Source of the DNA: Takakia lepidozioides
Taxonomy: Eukaryota; Plantae; Bryophyta
NCBI GenBank assembly: GCA_030704615.1
Contig: CM060732.1
Location: 496,001-560,000 of the forward strand
Direction: 5' to 3'
DNA length: 64,000 nt
Translations under genes and position numbers: made by a program
Notes under the pieces: model-generated
Databases searched by the model: none
Seen by the model: the letters and a program-made list of their open reading frames with translations, nothing else
Told to the model about the DNA's origin: nothing
Part shown: piece by piece, positions 24,301-38,628 of the stretch
Layout of the letters: every line of letters starts with the position of its first letter
How positions within the stretch are numbered: position 1 is the first letter of the stretch

Positions 24301-27300
24301 AAAGCAACAGCTTGAGTTGAATTAGGAGCATTTCAACAGCTACAAGGTATGCATGTAAAAGGTTATGAGTGAGCAAGCTAGAGTATTTTGAAGAGGTCAA
24401 CAGTGGTTGCAGCACTTCCTGTGTCCCCTCACTAGCCTTGTTATGAACAAGAATGAAGAGGTGATACCAGTTGTGACAGTTGACTTCTCATGCCCCTCTT
24501 TTATTGGTGTCAAAGCGAAATGATGACAGAAGTTCCTTGCACTGTTCTCCTTAAAGTGTCAGCTTCAAACATTAACGCGTGGGGATAATCATTCATGGGG
24601 AAGAGGCCCTCCATAACTTGGTTTATGACATATCGGTGGATGTACAGGTGGCATTGAATTTTCTATTAAGCTTGCGAAACGACGAGAGAATCAACCATCA
24701 GCTGGATGTGAAATTCCAGGAGTCTTATCTCAAAGAGGTTAGTCTCCTACTACGCTGTAGTCTGAAAGAAGGAGCTGTTGGGAGTAAGGAAACAGGCGAG
24801 GATGAAAAGAGCCAAGGTGTCGAGGGTGAGAAGCGAGAAGAGCCTTCTGAAGTAGAGGATGGCGAGCTTCCAGACACTCAAGGTGAGGAGCACTGCCCTG
24901 AGCAGACTGTTTGATGACTGTTTCTAGATTTTCTTTGTGAGCAACTTTACAGGGTGAATATGTTGGTGTGACTCGATCATGTTGTGGTCTGTTTGATGAA
25001 TGTTTTTAGATCTCCCCTGTAATATGTAACGTGTGCCTCCACAAGTGAAGAGGCGGAGAGAGGAGAAGTAGGATAGCAGTTTCCTGTTATGTGGCGCATG
25101 GATTTCTAGTAATCCCCACTATGGTTGTCATTGCAGTGGTTTCTGGGGGTGCACATGAGGATGAAATTCTTGGAGCAGCTGTAGCAGATGGTAAAGTGAC
25201 ACCCAAGGTGCAGTCATTGATCAAGATTTTACTTGGGTACCAACACACTGATGACTTCCGAGCTATCATTTTTGTGGAGCGTGTGGTTGCAGCCTTGATT
25301 CTTCCTAAGGTACATCTTCAAATTTGATGGCACTTTCCAGCAGTCCTTAATAGCCATTTATTTAATTTTCTTCTGAGCAGGAAACTCAATGAAGTTCAAG
25401 AGAAACCGCTGCAATAGAGATCTACCCAATCATTACAGTATCTTTGCAGGGTAGAGCTGGGATTGCCTCTGTTGTAGCAATAACCCCACATGCATTGGCA
25501 AACCTCAAGGCCTATATTGCATTCTGAAAGACACTACTGTAAGCAATGGCATTGTCTTTGCACAAAGCTCTAGCTGCTGAAAGGAACTCCCACTCGCTTA
25601 TGGATGTAATCGCCTCGGACCCTAGTAGTGAACACGATGAGAGCTCGTCCTGATAATCTTGAATAGTTCACAATGATGTCTGGTACCTTTAGATATCATC
25701 GCCATCATGAAATTGCAATTGCATGGTCGCCGTCGGGATGGAATGGTCATGAACCTCATGCTGGACTTGAATGATAATTTTGCCAAATAGAATGGAAGGG
25801 TGTGTAAGCCAACTGGATCCGCTTTTGTATTCTCCTGGCAACACTCCCCTATCCAAGTGCCCACTGTTTCTATCAATGATTCGGAGGATCCAAGTGTGGC
25901 AATGATGACAAAGTTAATTGCATCCATAAAGCTGTCTGTGCTGATGAAGAAAATAGTGGCATCACATATGGTTCCAAGGCACATAGCAACCTGGGTTTCC
26001 ATCGAGCATTTTTGGGGCTGGGTACAACTCACTCTTCTGAATCGCAAAAATATGTTTTCCTGAGCTTTTGGAGCCAAACTTCGAACACTGTTTTCCTTGC
26101 CACCTTCTTGTGTTTTACCGCCGTTTCTGCTAGTCAGTAGGATTATGACCTTGGACATATGTTTTAGTTCATTGTTGCATGATGTCCGTCGACAAGTGAT
26201 TCACTTGTATTCACTTGAGGATTCACCTGATTAGATCCTCCAACTTACAGATTGAACCTGTGTCATATTGGCTGAAGATACATGATGTGGAAACGATGGA
26301 ATTTTGCAGGTCTTTGCAGAGTTGCCATCACTGAAGTTTGTGAAGTGTGCCAGTTTGATAGGCCACAACAACAACCAGGACATGCGGACGCGACAGATGC
26401 AGGAGACTATCTCCAAGTTCCGAGATGGACGGGTGTGGTTATCTCCTTTGTTTACTGTGGCTTTGCTGCCTGCATTCATTGTTTGGATCATATGTGGCAG
26501 GCCTGATTACCGTTTGGATTACTAGGTGGTCTCTGATGACAAAGGCCTTAACTCAATTGCATACTTGAGCTAAGGCCACTGTGATCAGTGATGACCTAGT
26601 AGCCCACCTGGGGACTTGGTCTTTCCGCAAGGCTTCTGCGCCAGGCACTTCTGAGTTCCTGGGTTATCCAGGTTTGGGCCTTCATCAAGTGGGTATCCCT
26701 GTGTCGCCTCGAACATTTTTCAAGTGCAGATTGGATATGCACCGCTGTCTGCCTGTGGCTGTGCCCTTGTCTGCACAGCTAATGAGTTTGAGAAAGACTC
26801 TGTAGTACTCCATCTCTGATTTACAGTCTTGGAACCAGTGAAGTGTTAGTGATTAACTACACAATGAGAGGAACACTTCCAGAAAGGTTGGTTCCAAATT
26901 GAGGTTTATTTAAAGGAATCTGTAGTGCACATGATCCCTATGGGAGACGTGTTCTTCCTTTCAAAACCTTGATCCTCAGGTGGATCAAATGGTAGTTAGC
27001 AGACTTGTCGGATGTCCAACTACTACTCAGGATGGATACCACCAAATCTCCACCGACATGAAATGTTCACATCAGAGGGGGATGGTAGACTGCATCTTTT
27101 TATAATTTGTTTTTTTTCGACGGGTGAAAAAAGATGAAGGATGTGGTAAGGCTGATTGCATTGCGAGCAGAGTAGAGCAAGTCAATTCTGTGATGCTCAT
27201 GGTTGGTCCTGAGGTTGAAAGTTGGTTGAGCTAGGTGACATTGCTGGTGGCAACAAGCGTGGCAGAAGAGGGATTAGATATCCGCCAGTGCAATGTGGTA

Positions 27301-30300
27301 ATCCGCTTTGATCTCGCCAAGACTGTATTAGCTTACATTCAGTCACGTGGTCGTGCACGGAAGCCTGGTTCAGATTACATCCTGATGCTTGAGAGGTATG
27401 TCTTATTTCAGTGGCCTTACATGGTGAAAAGTGAAGTCATAGAAGACGACAGTTTTGGATGTTAAACACAATTTTTGCAGTCCAGGAGCATTGATGTTGA
27501 AAGTGAGCCAGAAGGAAGGAAATTGTATTTGGACTGGTTGATGTGTATTCTCATGACTTGTGTCGAATATGGAAAGAGGTTAATCTAGCTAGTGAAGGCA
27601 AACTTCAGCACTATGTGCAGCTGTCCATGTCTGTACTGGGGCTTGCGTGACAAAGTGCGAAGACATGCTGACAAAGTGTTCGAGATACCTGTGTCTTGTT
27701 CATAGCTCTTAACAATGTGAAATGTCCCTCCTTGTGCTTGCCATATATGTGTTTGACCATTATCTAGTTGCTTCATCATAGGATCATGGACCAACTTAGT
27801 CTCTGGACCCCCATTTCTAAGTAAAATTTCCAACCTCACGAACCAGTCCATTGTAAGGCCAGATTGTGTTGCTTTCTAGGATAAGAGATGTTTAGGATAC
27901 AGCCATCACATGTGATGGGAATTAGCTTCACTTGGAAATGGACCAGTGGTGATACTTGGCTCCTGAACAATCACCTCACCTTTATCTTCTTAGACTGTAT
28001 GCCTCCCAGTCAGTCTAGTGTCAGAGTTCTATCTAGCTTGGCCTGCCCTCTTGTCTCTGCTATGTGTTTCCTGATTCCCCTAGCTCTATTAAGTTGTGTT
28101 GTCCTCTTTTGATTTTGCTTCCTTTTGAATAGCCTCGACATTCTCCAGTTCACTCAATCAGTTGCCTCTAGAGAACTACTGTGCTCTGGGCAAGTTCATT
28201 ATCATCTGAAAAGCAACAAATGTCCTCTTTGAACAGGGGAAATTCTGCACATCAGGCGTTCTTACGTAATGCACGGAACAGTGAAGAAACCTTACGGAAA
28301 GAAGCAATTGAAAGAACGGATTTGGGGTACTACAGGGAGGCTGCAATTCTGGCCTCTGTTGAAGTTGGGGAAGGAGAGATATATCAGGTGCCAAGCACAG
28401 GGGCAGTGGTGAGCATGAATTCTGCTGTTGGTCTTATTCACTTCTATTGCACCCAGCTCCCCAGTGACAGGTATTTTTTCCTCTTGTTGTGCCCTTTCTC
28501 TGAACATGGTGTACTGTTTGGAAGACTTTCTGTGCATTGAAAGTCAACTATCCCGAGATTTTGGAGTTCTACAAACACTGCATCTGTTCTTAGAAAGTTC
28601 TACACGTTGAGTCCACTTGACAACTCCGCTGTGGACACCGTCGTTTTGTTGTTGTCTCTTAACCTGTGTTTATCTCAATTCAGAAACCTCATAGACACTG
28701 CACTGTACTGGTTCTGAAATATCTCACCTTATTATGGGGTCATCGCTGGAAACCTTTGGTGGCGCTAAAATGGCATGGTTGGACTTTTCTAGGTACTCAA
28801 TCCTGAAACCCGAATTCATAATTGACAAGCATGAAAAGGAGGGGGGTGTTGTCAAGTACTCTTGCAAGCTGCAGCTGCCGTGCAATGCCCCTTTGGAGAC
28901 CCTTGAGGGCCCCATCCGTACTTCCTTCAAAGATGCCCAGCAGGTGGAGTTAACTGTAGCAGACTTTAGATTCTGCATTAAGGTTGCATTGGGTTAGTAG
29001 AATAGATTGCTTTCAGTGGAGTCCAAGTCCTGCCTTATGTTCATAGTCATTGCATGGCCATAGAGTTTTGCAGAGCCAATATTGTTGTTGTGACATGTAC
29101 CCTGAGTCATTGCTCCAATTTGTGCTGGGTTTATAAGCCATTGTGTGCCAGCATCTGGCAAATTTAAGGGGCTTGAAACTTCCCGGAAGTGGAGAGTTTA
29201 TTGGGATACATCTCACTTCAAGCTCTTAGCCATATCTATGAACCGTACCCTCCAGTGTCATCCTCTCAATGATCGTCCACCTAGAATGTACTCCCAAGAC
29301 GTTGTCTGCCGTAGCCTTGATTGATGACCATCCACATAGAAGTAGTCTCATGGGATTGGTGGGGTAAAATGCACTTTGACAACAAGAGCCTGCCATGACT
29401 CTTCCCTAACTCTTGAGTTTTTATGTTTACATGTAGCACAGGCTTCAACTGTTATGGTCTTCCTCATGTCAGATGTTTCAATGGTGAGACAGGATAAGAG
29501 AGATGAATGGATTGTGAACTATCTGTAAATTATCCTACTTGCATGCAGTGATCGCTGAGGTTGTGTTATTTCTGCCGCAGGCTGTGTGTCTTGATGCATG
29601 CAGGAAACTCCATGAAATGGGGGCTTTCACAGATATGCTTCTGCCAGACAAGGGAAGTGGTGAAGAGACAGAAAAGGTGGAAGGAGGTGAGGAGGGGGAG
29701 CCTCTTCCTGGTACAGCTCGTCATAGAGAATACTATCCTGAAGGCGTGGCTGAAATCTTGAAGGTGAGGCACAGTTTGGACTCTGGCAACTGAACTGAAT
29801 CTGGTTGCTGGAAGGGCATTTGGGTTCTAGTTGTGGCAATTATATGTTCATATGGCCAATTAATGGCCAATTATATGTTCATACCATTATAGAGGTGGCA
29901 ATTGCTTGGTTTTTGGGCTCCTCTATGCTGAGATGAAAAGCAAGGGGCCCCATGAATATTGCACCCACGGATGGATGGATTCAGCATTTTCATTGTGTAG
30001 GAGATGTCATGTTCTTGCCCTCAAAAAATACATCTCAAAAGGCCAAGTGTCATTTCTCGCCTGTTTCAGGCTTTTCTCTAATCATCTTCACAGTGTTGAA
30101 AAACTTCTTGGATGCTGGTGATCTGCAGGGTGATTGGTTAGTAGGTGGGAAAGAAAGCGAGACAGATGAAAACAGCAATGTGTCGCTGTTCATGTACAAG
30201 GTTTGCTGTGAAAATGTTGGCACCTCTAAGGATCTTCTCTTGACCGAAACTTATGATTTTGCGATCCTATTTGGCCAGGAGCTAGATGCAGAGGTCAGCT

Positions 30301-33300
30301 GCCACCCATTGATCTGATTTCATGTAATTTCTTGTTCTGACCCCTTATGCTTCTTATTGACACCTGGCTGATAGTGCAACTGGAAGATTCAGATGAACTG
30401 AGAGAGGAGAGAGACATGAGATGTATCCAGAATAAACCTACGTCAAATTGCAGAATCTGATAAAAACAATGGGCACACATATTATTACCGTTTGAAGCTT
30501 TATGGGCACAAATGAAAACTCAGGTTGTAATTTGTAGTGTCTTATGGTGGTATGCAGGTGCTGACCATGAGCATGGATCTCTTTGTTGCTCGCACCATGA
30601 CAACAAAAGCATCCCTTACTTTGTGTGGCCCTATTGATTTGAGATTCAGTCAGGTTCCGTTTTCACTCTGACTTTCTATTGATGTATTGTGCTCCTTGTT
30701 TCATGAGAGAATGAGAAGACTGGGGACATGGGATTGTGCATTGCCAACCAGTGTAACAATCCTCATGTTGGCGTCATTGTTGTGATGAAGATTTTCTCTA
30801 CCCTTCATCAAACAGCAAATGACAATACTGGTTCTTGCATTGCTGATGGCACTGTTGTACTTTTTGGGTTCTGCACTTATTCCAGCAATTGCTCCCAGAA
30901 AATTCACATACTGGGGAATGTATGGTAGCGGATTCATTGCAGCTACTAGCGCTGCAGTACGTGGAATCATCAAGTTCCACTGTGCCAATGAAAAGATTGT
31001 AATGTTGTGGGGCCACTGTAAAATTATTCAAAGGCCAGATGGAGGTGGAGGCCCTTGTTTAACGCATTTTCTTGGTCCCTCACCTATATGCCAAGTTTGA
31101 GACTAAATGGATCACAATGCCATGCAGCCCCTTTGTACGTGAAAACATGGGTGTTGTCGTTGTAGTTTTTAATCGAACCCTGTAATGTACCCACTTTCTA
31201 TCATCTTGATTGAAAGTCAGTCGGATTCATTCAATCTGTAGCTGGCCTGTTATGCTGTAATGAGGTGAATCCGGATTCTTGATGTGGCCTCGATGTCGAT
31301 TTCCTCCTGCTCTGGAGGTGGATGCAACATCTTTATCTTTGGATCATGCTCAAATCTAACCTAACCCTTGTCAGATATGCATTTATTGCAGTGGGACAAC
31401 ATGATTTGAGTCTCTTCATTTTTGGAGTTTAATAACAAATCTGGTCTGTGGCACTGGTTCCACAGCTGAGTTCCCTGAAGAGTTTCCATGTGCGACTTAT
31501 GAGCATTGTCCTGGATGTGGATGTGGAGCCTGCCACAACTCCCTGGGATCCAATCAAGGCTTATCTTTTTGTCCCTGTGTTGGACAAACCTGCTTTTGAT
31601 ACTTCGAATATGATTGATTGGCCCCTTGTTGAGCAAATATTGGCAACAGATGCCTGGTCCAATCCTCTGCAACGTGCACGGCCCGATGTGTACTTGGGGA
31701 CAGATGAACGGGCTCTTGGAGGTGATCGCAGAGAGTACGGATTTGGAAAGCTACGCTATGGTTTAGCCTTTGGGCAAAAGGCACATCCAACCTATGGAAT
31801 TCGAGGTGCAGTAGCCCAATTTGATATAGTCAGATATACAAGTTTACTCCCTTCCCGGGACATAGTGGAATCAGAAAAAGTGCAGGAAGTTGCGCCGGAA
31901 GGAAAGCTGCTTTTGGCGGAAGGTGTAGTTGCTATTGAGGGGCTGGTCGGGAAAATTGTCACTGCAATTCACTCAGGAAAAAGGTTTTATGTGGATTCAG
32001 TGCGTTTTGACATGAGTTCAGACAGTTCCTTTCCCCGGAAGGATGGCTACTTGGGTCCCCTGGAGTACACTTCATATGCTGACTACTACAAGCAGAAGTG
32101 AGTTTGATGACCGATCCCATGTTACATGCAAGATGTGTGTAATGTAGATGCTATCAAATATTAGCATATTTGGTTGTGTAGTGGTCTGACAGGGCTGAAT
32201 TCATTCTGTAAAGATATACTTAAAAGCTACTGCATTTGCATGGTTTGATTTCGTATGCAGAAAACATCAGTGAAACAGTGTGCCATGGTTGTCCATGAGG
32301 TGATTGTTGTGCCCGTACTGGTGGACAATCACTGCACAAATGTACCAATATATTTTGACGATCCCTTGGTTGGATGTGTTTGCAAACAGTCATCTTATTC
32401 TGTTCTCAGTCTGTGCGGTCTTATCTGACTTGAAGAATTTATGTGGGTCAGAGTTCTTTTATAGAGATGAAAGGCTCTGGTAATAAACTTATTTGTGGTA
32501 ACCATGAAACTAATTTATCCAGGTATGGAGTTGAGTTGGTTTGTAAAACGCAACCCCTCCTCAGGGGCCGTGGTGTTTCTCACTGCAAGAATCTACTTTC
32601 ACCTCGTTTCGAAACTTCTGATGGTATGTATGGTGCTACCTAGCGTGTTACACCTCTTATTATTCCTGTCCTCAGAACCCAGCTAGAATTCCCAGGTTGT
32701 TTGTGTAAAGATTTTATGATGATGTAGTGTTGCTGAATCGCTCCAGCTTCGGCATATGTAGGAGCCATGCAGAATTTTACGATTGTTAGTTTTTTGCCAG
32801 AAGTAGGTACATCGGGGGTTACGTTTGTCCAGTATTGGGAAATGGTTAGGGAGCATGTTGTGAGAGAACATACTAACGGTGTTAACCCCCAGTGTGTATG
32901 AAACTCCAAATTGCCGTGTTGCTCGTTATAAGGAATTTAGATTTGATGTATGCGCCGGCTCAAGGGATTGTTGACAGAGAGGCAGATAGAGAGACTCTTG
33001 GTAAAATTTGTGATGCACTTCAGGTGGGACACCCGGTTCACAGGAGGCATTAGACAAAACATATTATGTTATGTTGCCTCCAGAGTTGTGCCTTGTGCAC
33101 TCTCTTCCTGGACCCTTGGTGAGGGGTGCACAGCGTCTACCTTCAGTCATGAGGAGGGTGGAGAGCATGTTGCTCGCAATCCAACTCAAACACCAAATAG
33201 CCTTCCCCATTGCTGCTATCAAGGTCTGGTTGCTTGCACTCTTGTTTTGATAAGGTAGTTGAAACAGTGAACCATGTATAGGGCTTCGACACTCTTCATC

Positions 33301-36300
33301 TGCCACTTCCAGACTCTTGTGGATATGGAAAGCTTCAAGCCTGCCTGGTGGGTGAGTGATCTAATAGCTTGCTAATTTAGTACTGCCCTTCAAGCTAGCT
33401 AAGTCATATGGAATAAATTGCAATTCTGTGCTAGCCTAGCAAACATTCACAACAGTATTTGGAGCTTGACCTATTTCAGACTGACTGTCCTAGAATATTA
33501 GTTTCTGTGGTTGTCTCATTTGCGCTCTGCGTAGAGACTGCTCATACGAATATCACTATTTTCCAGGTATGTGGCGATCAGTTAACCTACATAAACGGCT
33601 ACAGTTTGCCTGTTCTGTTTATGTTTTGTCTTGTCATTGCTTTGTTTCAATATCATCCTTCCTTTGCAGGTTCTAGAGGCATTGACAGCGGCCTCTTGTC
33701 AGGAGACCTTCAGTTACGAGCGGGCGGAGTTGCTAGGTGATGCATATTTGAAGTGGGTAGTCAGCCGCCGGCTGTTCCTGAAGTATCCTAGCAAACATGA
33801 GGGGCAGCTCACTCGTATGCGACAGCAGACTGTTAGTAATTCTGTACTCTACCAGTACGCCTTGGAAAAGGGGCTTCAGAGTTACATTCAAGCTGACCGG
33901 TTTGCGCCCTCCCGGTGGGCAGCACCAGGTGTGCCTCCTGTATTTGACGAAGATACGAAGGACGGGGAAGAGACTGAGAAAAAAGAGCACCTTAACAAAG
34001 AGGAACAGGAGGGAGAGGAAGGAGAGATTTCAACAGTTGTAGAGCAACTGGATGACGATATAAGCAATATGGAAGATGGAGAAATTGAGGGTGACTCAAG
34101 TGCCTACCGGGTACTCTCAAGTAAGACATTGGCAGACGTAGTTGAGGCCTTCATTGGGATTTATTATGTGGAAGGTGGACAGGATGCCGCCACACACTTA
34201 ATGAACTGGATAGGTATACCTGTCGAGTTTGACACTGCAGAGGGGGAGCAGGCACAAGCCGGCTGCGAAGTGCCAGAATCAGTGTTGCGGAGCATTGACT
34301 TCACCGGGTTAGAGGCTTCAATGGGTTATCCATTCCGAGAGAGGAGTTTATTGGTGGAAGCTATAACACATGCTTCACGCCCTTCTTCTGGGGTGCCCTG
34401 TTACCAACGGCTGGAGTTTGTGGGGGATGCTGTGCTTGACCACCTCATCACAAAACATCTGTTCTTCAGCTACACCGATCTGCCCCCTGGGCGTCTGACT
34501 GACTTGAGGGCTGCTGCTGTTAACAATGAGAATTTTGCACGTGTTGCAGTGAAGCATAAGTTCCACCTCCATTTACGGCATGGGTCTACTGCCCTCGAAA
34601 CTCAGGTGATTTTACCCACCTGGAACCCCAGATCTCTCCATCCCTCTACAGCACAGTTCTGCCACAATTCTTTCATGTTTCATATGAATGTTAGATGCAG
34701 TTTGGCATGGGTATGGTGCAGATACCTTCTAGAACTCTTGAGCAAATGATGAGTGGAGGGGTGATGCCTGACCTAAATTTTTCGTATTCACCAAGTGACC
34801 CCCCCTCAGCGACCAGCTGATTGACACATTCAGGCAACTGTATTGTCTTGCAGATCCGTGATTTTGTGAAAGACATACAAACTGAGCTGGATAAGCCTGG
34901 TGTGAATTCTTTTGGGTTAGGAGATTTCAAGGCCCCAAAAGTCCTGGGGGACATTTTGGAGTCCATAGCAGGCTCGATTTTCCTGGACACGGGCTTGGAC
35001 ACCGATAAAGTCTGGGAGGTGAGTTCTTTACCTTCATCTTTTGCATTCATTGACTTGACAACTCTCTACCTATTCTCTGCAGTGTAAATGCTCAAGGAGA
35101 CTCCATAGCTGTGGCCACGGTTGGTGCTGATTTTGGGGCAGATTTGACATGAATATGTCTAAAACAGAGAAGTACTTGTACCAGGGCAACTGTAAGTGAT
35201 GGCAGAGGGAGCCCTTTTTGCAGGACATGCGAAAGTGAAACTGTAATTAGTGACAAGTCCAAGTCCCACGGACCCTTTTTCCTCTTTTGAGTGTCATGAC
35301 ATCATTCTCAAACCCTTGCTACTTTGTCCAAGCTGTGGGTGGATATGCTACTATTTGGCTGCAGCAAGCGCAAAACTTTTTTATGCTCAATTGAGCTAGG
35401 CACCAGATACTGTGGTGTTTGTAAGGTCACTGTGAGTTTGTATGCAGGTGTTTGAACCATTGTTGCAGCCAATGGTGACACCTGAGACCTTGCCCATGCA
35501 TCCAGTGCGAGAGCTCCAGGAGCGTTGCCAGCAGCAAGCAGAGGGACTTGAGTACAAGGCCACTCGAGCAGGTAATGTGGCTACTGTGGAAGTGTATGTG
35601 GATGGTGTACAGATCGGCTCTGCACAAAATGCCCAGAAGAAAATGGCTCAGAAGCTGGCCGCTCGGAATGCACTCGTGATTTTGAAGGAGAAAGAGGTTA
35701 TCAGAGAACAAGCCGCCAAGGTAGCTGCTAGTGAACCAGGAGATGCTAGTGCAGGCAGATCCAACAAAAATGGAAGTGTCCCATTTACACGTCAAGCTCT
35801 GAATGACATTTGCTTGAAAAGGCAGTGGCCCATGCCGCAGTACAAGTATGTTTCCTTGAGTGAAGTCTTCTCTGTTGTGTTGCATAAATGTTTAGCCATG
35901 GGTTGTTAATTGTTCTGTTTCTACTCTCATCTTGAGCTATCCAAGAAGAAGGTTGACTCCTGCCGAAGCTAGCATAATTTAATGGTGTCATTCCACCCCG
36001 AAGGACCTACTACCTTCCATTTGGAAGGTGGACACCTTCTAATGGCGTAACCGGCGGAATGTGGTTGCCCAAACCTCTCCCAAGGACACATAAGTTTTCA
36101 GGTTAGGTGTCTGGTTGACCAAGCGAACCCCTTTTATAGCTGGGTTGGCTATAATGGCAACATACACCTATGTGGCTTTGAACCCACGACCACTTGTAAG
36201 GCGGTCTTTTGCCCTATCCACTGGGTCATCTGTTGGATGATGCTTGAACTATCCACCATGACAGGAGGGGAATGTTTTGTAGATTACATCAATGAAAGCT

Positions 36301-36594
36301 CCCCATAGCTTTTTAAGGGGGCCCTTGGCAATATAGGGAACATGTTTTTTGCTCAGAAGATTGACGGTTCCCTACTTATGGTATGTAAGTCTCATGCTGA
36401 TTGCTGCTAGATTGTATTACAGGTGTATTACAGAAGGAGGGCCTGCCCATGCCAAGAGGTTCACCTATTCGGTAAGGGTGCACACGACAGAGAGTGGGTG
36501 GACAGATGAGTGTGTGGGGGAGGCAATGCCGAGTGTGAAGAAAGCCAAGGATTCAGCTGCCGTAATATTATTGCAGCAGTTGAAACGCTGGTGA
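21356..36594 (+). CDS. DCL1: DICER-LIKE 1 (DExD helicase, DUF283, PAZ, 2x RNase III, 2x dsRBD), 20 coding exons
   Basis: Exons: 21356-22453, 22967-23080, 23333-23543, 23806-24200, 24648-24882, 25137-25309, 26310-26432, 27235-27395, 28237-28470, 28793-28943, 29581-29763, 30129-30293, 30558-30653, 31466-32097, 32523-32623, 33024-33223, 33670-34605, 34854-35018, 35448-35845, 36423-36594, all GT-AG. Motifs [57 protein letters not shown], plus DCL1-typical [14 protein letters not shown] and [11 protein letters not shown]. The start ATG is inferred. Confidence 0.96.
26516..26605 (+). ncRNA. miRNA-like stem-loop in DCL1 intron 7 (miR1047-like position)
   Basis: 36-bp arms 26521-26556 and 26565-26600 pair without bulges (29 Watson-Crick pairs + 1 G:U), with an 8-nt loop. 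Confidence 0.75.
35990..36230 (-). mobile_element. Possible tRNA-derived SINE relic in DCL1 intron 19
   Basis: Minus strand reads TGACCCAGTGG...GGGTTCAAAGCC, A/B-box-like with tRNA-like spacing. The 3' boundary is uncertain. Confidence 0.35.
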
Positions 36595-37249
36595 CCCCAG
36601 CCCAGCTGGATTTTTATCTCACAGCCCTGTGTTAAAAGAAGTAAGGGCATTGTCAATTCTAGATTAGAATCCGAAGCATGGATTCCAATCAAGGAGCTTT
36701 TGTGATTCTACAGAACTGATAGATCACAGTTTATCGGCCTTGAAATTCCGTAAGAACCTGGTATCATGGCAAATTTCTTCTCTATCATCATTATTCATCA
36801 TTCATCATTCATCATTATTCATTATTATTCCTGGACGAACCAGGAGTGAGTGCATTTGTTCTGGTTCTTTGAGCTGATCGGCTGGCATCAAGCAGCCCAC
36901 TATTATTGATTCCTTAGACAGCTGTCTCTTTTTCTGAGTGAAAACACAGTTGTATTTTGAGTACCGCAAGTTGACACACCTTGCATAACTGCCCAGCATG
37001 TGCCATGAGTGGGTGACATTGGTCCATGGTAATGGTAGTATCAGAAAGTATCCTCCCAATTTCTATGTGGCTTGATTTTATGGCGCACTTGCTGACAGGG
37101 CCTGCGAAGGTACAGCCGTCGAATCCCGGCCTCTGGCGGCCTGCTCAAAGGAGGGAGAGGCTTTGTCAAATCCTCTCCACCCCCCTTGCCCGGGCCCGCT
37201 CTCTCTGTGCCGCTGCCCCTCCCCTTCCGATCTCCCCTTATTCCGCCAT

Positions 37250-38625
37250 GTAGCGTGCCGATCCCCCAGCCACATTGATCCACCGGCTCGAATTGATCCT
37301 GGCCATCCCCCAGCGGCCATGTGGCGGGCCCTCCGTTGATCCCTGGCCGCCTGGGCTGAGAGCGTGTTTCCATGTAGACCCCACCCCTTCCAATAACATC
37401 ATCCTTGGAATGGGTTTGACCAAAGGCCCAACCCTGGAGTTGGCGAGGGGATGAGCAGGTTCTCTTGCAGGTCTCCTTCTTCCACGCGGGCTTCACACAC
37501 AAGAGAAAGACCTGCTCGGCAGGTGATCGCAAAAACCAATCTGCTGTAGCAGGTGAAAGTCAAAGATCGGACCCATCTCCCAACTTCCAGCTTTTCATGG
37601 AGAGTTGGGAGATGGGACCTGAGATAGGGTTTGGGTTCGGGTTTTGAACATAGAAGTGCCCGGCAGACATTCAAAACTCGGTCATGACCAGTGTTGGTCT
37701 GGTATATAGGTGAAGGACTGGTATAAAATACTAGTATATGCACTGGGAGATCGGACCAGTCTGGTATCATTTGGGAGAATACTGGGTCATATACCAGACG
37801 AGACTGGTATATCAGCCTCAATACCAGTACTTCCCCGCCATCTTCCTCATTTACTCTGGTATGCATACTATATTAATTTATGTGTATATATGCCTACATA
37901 CTTGTACTTATGTATATTTATTTCTTTATTTATATTGTATTTGTTTTCACTTGATACTTGCTAGTGATAAACTTGTAATTCAAGATGGCTATGGAATGAT
38001 ACCTGAATTGATATCTCGTACCAGCTGATATTGTGGTCACGATACTCATACTCATACCAGTATGTAGAGAATTATACATCCACCATTATATAGACCAGAC
38101 TGGTATAAATTTTTTGTGATACGTCTGGTACCAGGACCAGTCTGGTATGTCCTAACACCAGTCTGGTATGTCCTAACACGGATACCAGAACAACACTGGT
38201 CATGACATCATTTTTTGGTCGGGTTTGACCACATAGAAGGACGCCGTGATCCCCCGGGCCGCCTGATCCCCCAACCTCACCTGACCCCACGCTGTCCCCC
38301 ATATGCCATGTGCGCGCCCTACTGGCCGCCGCCAGCACCGATCCCCCACCATACTGATCCTCCGTCCCCGAGTCATCCACGCCGTCCCCCACACATCATG
38401 TGGTGGCATCTCCGTCGATCCCCAGCGGGCTCATGATCGCCTAGGGCCGATCCCCCAGCAACATTGATCCCCACGATCCCCCACATGCCATGTGGCGGCA
38501 TCTCGTGGATCTCCAGCTGAATCATGAGCGCCCGAGGCCGATCCCCTAGAAACATTGATCCCCCTGAGGTCCTTGATCCCCGTCTTCCCCCAGCGGATAC
38601 CCAGTGGGCCCTCTATTGATTCCCA
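37250..38625. repeat. GATCCCC-motif repeat family (TE subterminal-like), interrupted by the hAT MITE and resuming at 46780-46890
   Basis: Recurrent GATCCCC(C)AG..ACATTGATC and GCCATGTGGC(G/A)GCATCTC at 37260-37345, 38240-38620 and 46820-46890. Confidence 0.6.
37689..38198. mobile_element. Non-autonomous hAT-type MITE (510 bp)
   Basis: 17-bp TIRs CAGTGTTGGTCTGGTAT / ATACCAGAACAACACTG (1 mismatch), perfect 8-bp TSD GTCATGAC (37681-37688 and 38199-38206), internal ACCAGTCTGGTA repeats. Confidence 0.92.
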
Positions 38626-38628
38626 GCG

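Noticed and set aside
25622-26158. 178-aa antisense ORF in DCL1 intron 6
   Set aside because: No motif and consistent with a chance ORF.
30728-31100. Nested membrane-protein gene in DCL1 intron 13
   Set aside because: Short hydrophobic ORF with no recognisable family or splice support.
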